Below are positions 11,396 through 20,000 of a stretch of 20,000 nucleotides of DNA, in pieces. A model generated the notes under the pieces. That model did not search any database. It was not told the origin of the DNA and was given only the letters and a program-made list of their open reading frames with translations. The translations under genes were made by a program, and so were the position numbers. The stretch's first letter is position 1. Every line of letters starts with the position of its first letter. The stretch comes from Catajapyx aquilonaris (lineage: Eukaryota): contig KZ538279.1 of the NCBI GenBank assembly GCA_000934665.2, positions 116,996-136,995 on the forward strand. The letters are read 5' to 3'.

Positions 11396-11453
<58 letters not shown>
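11140..11453 (+). mobile_element. Full-length tRNA-derived V-SINE with (ATT)n tail
   Basis: A box TGGCCGAGTGG (11154-11164) and B box AGTTCGATCCC (11198-11208). The core at 11251-11302 (GTTCTCTCCGTGTTCGCGTGGGTTTTCTCGGGGTTCTCCCGTTTCCTCCCAC) matches the V-domain consensus as I recall it. A 3' stem-loop CCCCT..AGGGG (11360-11379) precedes the (ATT)19 tail. Confidence 0.9.
11397..11453 (+). repeat. (ATT)19 microsatellite forming the SINE tail
   Basis: Perfect trinucleotide repeat directly 3' of the SINE body. Confidence 0.97.
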
Positions 11454-11688
11454 TTGTATGTTACTTTTATAAAAAGGTAACTATTCAGTAGTCTCGATTC
11501 CCCAATAGGTACTGTACGTACGCTTTCTTTATAAACAATAATATAGCATACAAGGTGGTCCAACAAGAGTGGCCACTGATTACGGCGGAGTCTTACCGCA
11601 AGAGAAGGCAAAATGATGTCTTCCGGGATCGATTTTGCAGCGGCCCACAATTTTTATTGGAAGTGGTTCCTATATAATAATATGATAG

Positions 11689-12926
11689 GTCCATAAATCA
11701 CGTGATGCTGCTAGGGGGAGGGGGGGTATGCCTCAGTGTCACGGTTGATCACATTGGGGGGGGGGGGGTTTCTTAGCATATATCACGTGACATTTATGGG
11801 TCAATAATTCAAAAAGGTGCAATTTCATTTCCAAAAAAAATTAATAAATGAAAATGTTCTTTAAAAAAACCATTTAAAAATGCAAATAGTTATCTGGTGT
11901 TCCCACAAAAATAGCGGCCGAGATCGTAAACTTATATTTCACTTTTTTTATGGAAATTATAAAAATGCTGTATCTACAGCACACAGTTAAGAACACAGAG
12001 TCTACTTGACCTTGACGAACTAAGTGTGGCACAGGGTGCAGAACCGAACCAAGTGGCTAGCACAGTTCGCAATATAAATGTAAGTAATACTTCAAATCGC
12101 TTCAAATGCAATGAAACAGAAAATGTGGAAATTCAGAGTATACTCGAGACCTATCCGTATATGCTGACATCTGACAATAAGTAGTGTACAGCTATGAGTG
12201 CATTAGAAACATGGTATAGATGGTCCAAATCATTCAAATAGGTTATTAAAATAATGTCTTTGAACATCTGACTCTACCTAGGGGCGCCTGTGGACGGGTA
12301 GTGTCCATGGACGTGACGAACTCTCTGTTTGGTTTATTCCACCTAAAACGTGGTAAGTTTAGGCTACAAACTTTTAGTTCAAATGAGTAAGCTCTTTGTA
12401 CCTATAATAGCACACGTACTTGAGCAAAAATTGGTATTTGAACTGATTACCTATACATTTACCAGGTGCTACAGACGTGACGCACTGATCTCGACACTTC
12501 ACTAAATCTAATGTTTAGAGCAGAATTACACGCCTTCAAGCAACCAACCCAACAGGTTTTTGATTCAGCTTCTCAATATGGCTGCATCAGCAAGCAAAAA
12601 GACAAAAGTCCTGCACATTGCTTCTTCCTTGGCTGCTTCCTGGATGATTTTATAACAGTTTTTGTCCACGGACGTGACTAGAAACCTTAGGACCAAAATT
12701 CCTCTTGCAATAAAAGTGATGCAATTTGGAACTTCAGGACAAAGAATGCACTAGCCTTTACCTTCAGTATTCTTTTCTCCGTTACTCTAATATAAAAAAT
12801 GACATAACATCTTATGCCTTGCATAAAAATTGACAAAACTACGAAAGTGAAGGTTGGGACACCCGGGAGGGGGCGGGGGCGTCGAAAATGGCCCAAAAGA
12901 TGTGTCACGTGATTTATGGACGCCCC
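11689..12926. mobile_element. Non-autonomous PIF/Harbinger-like DNA transposon with eroded left tip
   Basis: 17-bp perfect IR GTCCATAAATCACGTGA (11689-11705) vs 12905-12921. The right end terminates in ...GGACGCCCC (GGGGC terminus). G-rich subterminal tracts occur at both ends. Confidence 0.7.
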
Positions 12927-13118
12927 ATAGGAAAAAGTGACACTCAGATTTGAAATGTGCCTACCTGTTTTTTGAGTACCGGTAGCGAAAAACTGGCCAG
13001 GAAACTGGAAAAATTGCAGTTTCTTTTCATTTGACTTAATGGCCACAAGGCCATAGGATCCTTACAGAATTTTGATTTCAATTTTTATGGCAATGCCAGA
13101 TGATGCCCAATTTTAGAC

Positions 13119-13480
13119 TTTTTATCATCATCGAAAAAAGTCTTATAGAACGGCTCTGTCCAACTTTCTGTCTGTCAGTCTGTCTGTGGACAGGTATCAG
13201 GGCCTAAACCGCAAGGGATAGCCGCAAACGGTTGGTTTTCAGATTCTGATTGAGAGTGACCAAATCAGGTGTCATTGTCAACTTCCGGTTTTCCAGGTTC
13301 GCTCTATCCGCACAAGCCTACTTTACGGGCGGGTTATCGTTGGATTCCGAAATTATAGTTTCCGTGGATTTCTGACCATATATGTCGGAGATTTACCCAA
13401 ACAGGTGTCATGGTCAACTTCTGGTCACCCGCCACTCCCGGTTTTCCGGTTTCACGCTATCCTCACAAGTCTACCTGAAA
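13119..13480 (+). mobile_element. Helentron-associated (HINE/DINE-1-like) element fragment
   Basis: Starts in a T-run, has a short (GTCT)n-like microsatellite at about 13167-13187, then diverged tandem units (13261-13321 vs 13398-13474). This architecture is typical of DINE-1/HINE elements. The 3' hairpin was not found. Confidence 0.5.
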
Positions 13481-15114
13481 GAATTAGAAAAAGTATGTTC
13501 TAATCACGCTCACGTGATTTACCAATCTTGTTTTTTGAATCGTATATTGATCACTTAAAATAACATTTAATTAAATCAATCTGCGTGACTAATATGACAA
13601 TACTAACCTTAAAATGTGGTATTACAATGTGGAATTACTGAATGCATACGCGCATTTAAAATTTTATTAAAATTATCATTCGTGATAAATTTCCTACTCA
13701 AAAAATTTCTCATCGTCTACAATTATTGAAGGGTTCTCTGCAATAGCCAGGTACGTTAAATGAGAATTATAAGTTTTGAGAAAAACGCACTTGAAAATTC
13801 TGCTAAAATACTGTAGTAGGTAGTGCTGTTACATGTGAGTCCGTGTGTGTCTCTCTTGAAGATACCATAAGTCTCAAATACACCTGAAACATGTTGTTAC
13901 CTAGCACAATTTGTTTTTAAGAAATAAATAGATTGTATTTAGAAATATATTTCATTTACCTGGTTCTTGCAGTTATCCCTATTGGAAGCGCACCCGGCCG
14001 CCTTATTTATTTGATATCTTTGAGCCCAATAAGAATACCACAATGAAACTTACACCAATGAAAGGGTATGAACAGGGGATTACTGCAAAAATGTTCTTAA
14101 ATTTCAAGTATATTAGGCTCGTGTCAAGGGTCCCAAACTTTGACTTGCTAACATGACACGTAATTTTAATCGGATATTTTTTTGGCTGTTGTCACCGAAT
14201 TATGCGTACCGTTTAGAATATTGAAAGCCTCCTTTTTCATGTAGGCTATGTGGGATGCACAGTTACTGAAATAATCAGGTTATTGTGAGCATCAAAATGG
14301 AAGAGTCCCCCATTTTTGACCTCGTCCTTGCTCGTGACCTATAAGACACTAGCGGGTTTTAAAAATATGTCGCTTGGACCTTGACTAAATTCGACCATAA
14401 GTTCTAATCGGTTTTCTCGAAACATGTTGTATGGATTGCTAAGACGTGGTCCCAAACAGCTGGACATTAAACCGTGAAGGTGAGTATGAGTGGCATGATG
14501 ATAAAATTAATGGAAGCATTGTTTGTTGACAGGAAAAGAGCACGTTAAGAAAAATAGCATCACAGCTACAACAGAAGAGAAAAAGCCAAGGAAGCAGAAG
14601 CAAGAAACAACGTAGCGTGAGTGCAGAAGATTCCCCAACATTTTAGATTTGAATTGCCAGTAGAGAAAAGTAACGAAAGGCGACAGAATTAACGTAAATA
14701 TTTTTGAGAAAGGCATCGTAACAAGCATAACGAAATTTAGGTAGTACAGTAAAAGTAAGTAACCGTGATTGCTCACTGAGATGATGTGTGATGGGAGCCA
14801 GTAGCGCGCCTGGCCCTCGTCTGCAGGGTATCAATGACTAATCCCGGACATTAATTCAGTTGACAATGGAAATGAGCGAAGCCGCATAGTAAGCAAAAGA
14901 AACTCTGTAAGACGATCAGTTGGAAAATAATCCATAACGGGAAATTGGAAGGAGAATTGGCCAATTGACATGGATTGAATATATTGGTTAATTGGGCAAT
15001 GAGTAAGACTCATGTAGCTCCTAGAAGTTGAACAAGCGAAGCATAGCTAGATGGCCACTGGATTCAGCAAAGTAAAAGGCGCAAAGCGAAAGCGTCAAGA
15101 GAAAACTACACGTA

Positions 15115-15277
15115 CAGTGTTGGACATACATCGAAGCATACTGGCAGCGACATTTTCCGAAGCGGCAGAAGAAGGAATCTTCCTCGCCCGGCTTGTAAGT
15201 ATGCTTATCTTCGATTCCTTCTTCTGCCGCTTCGGAAAAGGTCGCTGCCAGTATGCTTCGATGTATGTCCAACACTG
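15115..15277. mobile_element. 163-bp foldback MITE, Tc1/mariner(pogo)-like
   Basis: 65-bp arms (15115-15179 / 15213-15277), 64/65 complementary, with a 33-nt spacer. CAGT...ACTG termini and TA TSD (15113-14, 15278-79) within a palindromic CG-TA-CG site. Confidence 0.92.
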
Positions 15278-15483
15278 TACGGCAAGCGCGCAGAGTTTGG
15301 GTCATTAGGCACGCGCATGACCAAAGGTGGGATAGCGAGCACACCCACAAGCGCGAGAAAAGTAAAACGTATCTTTGGAGAATTGCCTAGCTGGTGTCAC
15401 GAGACACGCAGTATCTCCCAAGTAGGTGTTACAGGATGCCTCAAGGTTAGCCAACGATAGGCAAAGCCGAAAGGGAATCCCAA

Positions 15484-16109
15484 GGCCGAGCGCAAATCAT
15501 GCGACATTGCAGCGACTAGTTGCAGGCGCAGGGTACGCGCGCCGCTTTCCTCCGAGGTCGCAGGGGTGTTGCAGGTTTCCAGCACTGCTTGAAAACTCCT
15601 CTCTCTCTCCCCCCCCCNCGCCCCCCGCCATCGGAGGCAATTTCCAAGATGACGGCGCCCAGATCGGAGTGAATCTCCGTGAATATTCGATACAGAGTGT
15701 TGGAAGGAGGGCCGTGTTGACTCATGAGCACGCTGCCCAGTTTCCCGGGGGGCCCCACGAGTGTAGAGGACCCCATGCTAATGTTGTGACTTGCTGGAAA
15801 TGAGTAAATACTAGGCTATACTGTACCAAAGTATGTGACGCACCGGTTACGTCGTACCAGTACTGGTGGCCCATGGAGCGTGGATAGTACACAAACAGTG
15901 GTCAAGAATGACCTCATTCATGAACTGTGAGCGGTATTACTGCCCTAAAATTATGGAGTACTGTACTGCAATTCCGCGCCTCGAAATTGCATGATTTGCG
16001 TCGGGTGTGCAATGTGACGTATCGTCGTCCGAAAGCTGCGCGCGCATCCTCTCTCGGTGCAACAAATAGGGGAGACGTCGTACCTTCATTGCATGATTTG
16101 CGCTCGGCC
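15484..16109. mobile_element. PIF/Harbinger-like non-autonomous element
   Basis: 19-bp perfect TIR GGCCGAGCGCAAATCATGC (15484-15502 / 16091-16109). The 3-bp flanks CAA / TAA are a TWA-type TSD with one change. An internal partial TIR copy lies at 15987-16004. Confidence 0.8.
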
Positions 16110-16659
16110 TAAGGAGAACGTGCAGAGAAATAGGCACAATATAGGTAGTCATGGACGACCTCAGGGAATAAATAGACGGCTACCAGGTCGAGGTAGGCGG
16201 TCTAGTCGAACCGAGAGTGAAAGTTACGACTTTAGTTTCATGAAACATCAAATTCTTGTAGGAAGAAAAGAGGGTGGTTCCCAAAATGACCCAAGATAAA
16301 GGAAGCCACAAACGCAGAGAGTACAAGGCGTGAGACGTCACGACAATGTCAGTTGGACATTATCGGCCAGTGATTTTGAAAATGGCCGTAGCAGAATAAT
16401 GAAGATGAAGTTGTTCAAAGATGGCCCGGGGTTTGGAACCCTCAGTTCAGAAGGATCCTAGTTGAAAAAGGGGGAAATCTGATCCAAGTACACGGGGTGG
16501 AAATAGAACTGTTGCATATAAGGCACGTAGTGCTGCGTAAAAAAAANGGGGGGGGGGGGGCAAGAACAAATAGAATGCATGTGGTAATGAGCTCAAGTGT
16601 GAAAGATATACCTATGGTTAAGTAACATGGTCATTAGTTTTAAGTTCGTGGAATGAACA

Positions 16660-17505
16660 AAGCTAATGGCAAATGGGCAAGATGTAATGGGTAATCTAGC
16701 CACGTAATGGGATTTAGACATGATAAATGGGTATGTTTTGGTTATACAGTATACGTTCGTATATTAATACAGGGTATTAAGAAGGCTGATTTAAGCATTG
16801 GGAATGATGACAGGGTCGTCGTCAGCACATATGATGGGATAAGGGAAATATTAGCTGACAGGGGATTAGTCAGTAAGCGAAAGGACAGGTATTGCGCAAT
16901 GTGAGATTGCGGAGAGGTATGTGTAACGGTAATCAAACGACCAAGAGTGCAGATAATTATTGTTTTGACTTGTAAATCACCATGAACCAGAGGCTTACCT
17001 CAGCAAGAAACCTACTATAAGAACGAGCGTAGCAGAAGACCAGTCACCACAGGAGAAGAAGACCTACACCACAAGATGGGAAGCACATAAGTTGGCGTCA
17101 GTTCGGGAAGTCACTGGTGTTGGAGATCTTCGCCAACAACCCCGAGAAACCGGAGATCCAATAACGGATCGAAGCTGATTGTCCGAGCCAAGGAGGGAAG
17201 TACCGGTGCAACCGTGGACATCCTGATCCGACTCTTCGGGCCCGTCCAGAAATGGACAAGGCTGATGACAAGTCACAGAGGTCTGCATCTTGAAATTGAG
17301 AAGGAACCACCGCCAGAAGTAGAGTGGCCCAGTCTGACGGATCGAAAAGAAAAGAAGAAAACCTAAGGACCACAACCTGAACACTATATTGGAGGTCATC
17401 ACGGATGACGCGGAAGGCTTTGGAGAAGACGAGCAAATCTTTTGGGCGTTAAAGTTTTTGATAAACGCTGTCTCTGAAGTAATAAGCATGATTGGGTTAA
17501 GCTAA
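16660..17505 (+). pseudogene. Highly decayed Gypsy-like LTR-retrotransposon pol (integrase C-terminal half)
   Basis: Ordered motifs across frameshifts: NGKWARCN (16665-16688, resembling NGxxERxN), QQETYY (17001-17018), HKLA (17086-17097, resembling GxHKLAxxW), and a basic KRRKP tail (about 17350-17364). These are followed by a PPT and a TG start. Confidence 0.5.
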
Positions 17506-17543
17506 AACTTATTCTTGGTTGCAAGAATAATAACTTTTAGCAC

Positions 17544-17694
17544 AGGTGGGGGGTATGTTGCAAGTGGATTTTGCAATCCCTATCTTAATGAGTCCCACGT
17601 GTATCAATATCGCCACATTGGGCAAAAACCAGCTGACTTTGCTTGTGCAATAGGATGATTTCCTCATACAGGTATTGTCATGCACAGTCCAGTA
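17544..17694 (+). mobile_element. Polypurine tract and start of putative 3' LTR
   Basis: AGGTGGGGGG (17544-17553), then TA, then TGTTGCA (17556), just downstream of the pol-like remnant. The LTR is interrupted by the MITE at 17697, and no partner LTR was found in the window. Confidence 0.5.
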
Positions 17695-17696
17695 TA

Positions 17697-18120
17697 CAGG
17701 GTGTATCTGAACTCAGTGCCCCGACGTATATGACTGCCTTCCTAGCCACCAGAGGATCGATTTAAGTATACGAGTCATTATGTCTGGCCGCCGCATTACA
17801 GAGATAATTGGCCGCAAACATGTAGTGCAAAATATCCTGTCTGTTAGGCCACCCATCGAACCCTCCCCCAGCCAGAAGGCTCTGGAAGGTCTGGGGGCCG
17901 GACTTTGTTGGTTTGTTGCCCACAGGTGGTAAGGCCTCTTTGGCTAGTTACACCAGAAAATTCGATTTAAAAGTCAGAAGGAGCGATTAGGCAAAAATCG
18001 CTAAAGAGTGTATCTCCGTAATGAGGCTGCCCAGACATATGACTCCTATACTTAAATCGATCCTCTGGTGGCTAGGAAGGCAGTCACATACATCGGGGCA
18101 CTGAGTTCAGATACACCATG
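17697..18120. mobile_element. 424-bp Tc1/mariner-like MITE with ~110-bp TIRs
   Basis: TIR CAGGGTGTATCTGAACTCAGTGCCCCGA... at 17697-17806 vs 18011-18120, with few mismatches or indels. TA TSD (17695-96, 18121-22) in a TATA context. Confidence 0.92.
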
Positions 18121-18187
18121 TATAAGAGTAACTTCTCGACAGGACAAGAGAGTTCCTGGGCGGGGGCTAGGACTCACGATTGATAAT

Positions 18188-18188
<1 letters not shown>

Positions 18189-18258
<70 letters not shown>

Positions 18259-18320
18259 TAATAATAATAATTAAAATAAATAATAATAATAATAATAAAT
18301 AATAATAATTTAAAAAATAA

Positions 18321-18390
<70 letters not shown>

Positions 18391-18397
18391 AATAATA
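18189..18397 (+). repeat. (TAA)n microsatellite, ~210 bp, imperfect in the middle
   Basis: Direct reading of the sequence. Interruptions lie mainly at about 18258-18325. Confidence 0.97.
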
Positions 18398-19173
18398 TCA
18401 AAAACATTCCCTTCAGTGAAAAAAAGAGAAGTAAGACCTCCGCGGCGGAATGAAAGTACTGAAGCAAGGCAGGCGCACGTAAGACCTTCACCAATTGATT
18501 TAAGCTGTACCATAGGTCTTACTCAAGCAATTACCAATTTACTACTCAGGAAATCTCCTTTCTGAAAACAAATTTGTAGAATTTCTGTCGTACTACTAGC
18601 TACTTCTAACTTAGCAGTACCAGTGTAGTGCAATAGTATACTGCTAAGTTAGCAGTAACTACAGACCTATAGTTAATAGTAATAGTAGTACGACGAAATT
18701 TCCACCCATTAATTTTCCATGAGCCACTCCATATTAGTGTTTGATGAAATTAGGAACTTCAATATTAAGCACATTGAATTTCTATGCGATTAGTGCGAAT
18801 TATTGCCATGAAACATTCATGCAGAATCGTCACCTCTTTTAGATGCTGATTTTAACTCTAACGTTTAATTTACGTTAATTGGTGAATTTTAGAGGGTCTT
18901 TTTCGATTGGACCAAGTCTGTTAGAATGGGTTTAGTTTTCCCCCCATTTTTTTCTTTTCATCATAAAATCCTTCCTATACTGCTCTTAGTAGTTTGCAGC
19001 AGTCATTTTACGAGACGTTCCCTACCGTACTTGAGAATTGCTTGAGTAAGACCTATGGTACAGCTTAAATCAATTGGTGAAGGTCTTACGTGCGCCTGCC
19101 TTGTTTCAGTACTTTCATTCCGCCGCGGAGGTCTTACTTCTCTTTTTTTCACTGAAGGGAATGTTTTTGATAT
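18395..19173. mobile_element. Young foldback element with 138-bp inverted arms, superfamily unassigned
   Basis: 18395-18532 vs reverse complement of 19036-19173 is 137/138 identical. Each arm has three GTAAGACCT motifs (two direct, one inverted). The boundaries are possibly TA|TCAAAAAC...GTTTTTGA|TA. Confidence 0.88.
18580..18701. repeat. Nested imperfect palindrome inside the foldback element
   Basis: Outer IR AATTTCTGTCGTACTACTA (18580-18598) / TAGTAGTACGACGAAATT (18683-18700). Inner IR 18601-18619 / 18639-18657 matches 18/19. Confidence 0.8.
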
Positions 19174-19369
19174 AATTTCAGTTCTTTTTTGACAGTACGG
19201 AACAGGTACAATGATGCCTTATTTTAATATCATACATTAATACATTATAATATTTTGAGTTCAGGAGACTGGAGTAGTCCCATGAGGACGACATTGGGAT
19301 CACGAGGACTGGATGTTTTGAGATGACATTATCTGGATTGTGGAGAGAGGAAAGGCATAATGGAATATT

Positions 19370-19700
19370 GTCATGGTACAGAGAGGGGGTGGGACACTAA
19401 CCTCGGGAATTTGTGTGATGGTTTTGGCGAGTAGATCTTGCAATGGTACAGAGAGAAAGGGGAAAGGGAGGATACATACCTCACGAATTTTGCAAATATT
19501 TTCTTGGTTTTGATAATAATGGTTTGAGGAGATTGGAGTTGATGGTTGTCGAGCAGGCAGGCAGGATCGTCAGGAAGTGCTTTGGGTCACAAGGACTGGA
19601 ATTTAAGATTTGTCATGTCAATACTCTTAAGCAAGTAAAGGAGTTGTGGGGATTGCAATGGCACAGAGAGAGAGGGGAGAGGGGGGTAATATTCCACTCC
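19370..19700 (+). repeat. Degenerate dispersed/tandem repeat units (ATGG(T/C)ACAGAGAG plus purine tract)
   Basis: The motif occurs at about 19373, 19443 and 19658. Each copy is followed by a G/A-rich tract, and the first two by ACCTC..GAATTT. Confidence 0.55.
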
Positions 19701-20000
19701 GTATCCTAGAAATGGAAACAATTACGACCTGCAAACGGTAATTGCCATTGCTAGGTGACGGCACCAAATACAAACTGCGGTAATGACCGGGAAAATAAGG
19801 GGGGAAAAATCACAACTCCAATCCTGCAGCAGGTGGAACTGTGAGATTTTGAACATAGATCCGCACCATCCCACTGCACCTTCGGCCCGTTGGAGAAGGA
19901 ACCTAATGGGGAACTAGCCTTCATTTTGGAAACTACATAATAAATTCGCCCATATTTTTTGGATTTTTTTGGCATATTCCGTTTTAAGATATCAGTTCCC

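Noticed and set aside
15360..15433. 5' LTR end (AGTAAA ... TGTTACA)
   Set aside because: No TGG-starting PBS follows, and there is no similarity to the putative LTR at 17556.
16353..16434. LDIIG and DGPGF as the two catalytic Asp motifs of integrase
   Set aside because: Spacing between them (~21 codons) and to the putative E motif does not fit D,D35E, so they were excluded from the pol feature.
17093..17108. TGGCGTCAGTTCGGGA as an LTR primer-binding site
   Set aside because: It is not immediately preceded by an identifiable LTR end, and is better explained as part of the HKLA integrase-tail coding relic.
1..20000. Listed short ORFs as protein-coding genes
   Set aside because: All are 141 aa or shorter with no recognisable intact domain. 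Several derive from microsatellites (poly-I/L), palindromes (15021/15051 share mirrored peptides) or SINEs.

Overview
This window is eukaryotic, most likely invertebrate-animal, repeat-dense non-coding genomic DNA: it is AT-rich, has no long ORFs, carries microsatellites, and has small N gaps in G/C homopolymers. No intact protein-coding gene, RNA gene or CRISPR array is supportable. The window is a mosaic of non-autonomous transposons. DNA elements: a Sola1-like MITE with AATT TSD (1265-1838), a CACT-ended EnSpm/CMC-like MITE (4207-4351), two PIF/Harbinger-like elements, two TA-flanked Tc1/mariner-like foldback MITEs, a young unclassified foldback element with 138-bp inverted arms (18395-19173) and a Helentron/DINE-1-like element. 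Retroelements: a full-length V-SINE plus two other tRNA-derived SINEs sharing the same 3' tail, and a decayed Gypsy-like integrase/PPT/LTR remnant hosting nested insertions. A CCAAT/E2F motif cluster (7834-8194) may be a host promoter. I found no convincing novel biological system. The most interesting items are the SINE tail-sharing and deletion pattern, the 138-bp-arm element and the nested insertion stack. All family assignments come from terminal and TSD patterns read by eye, not from database searches.
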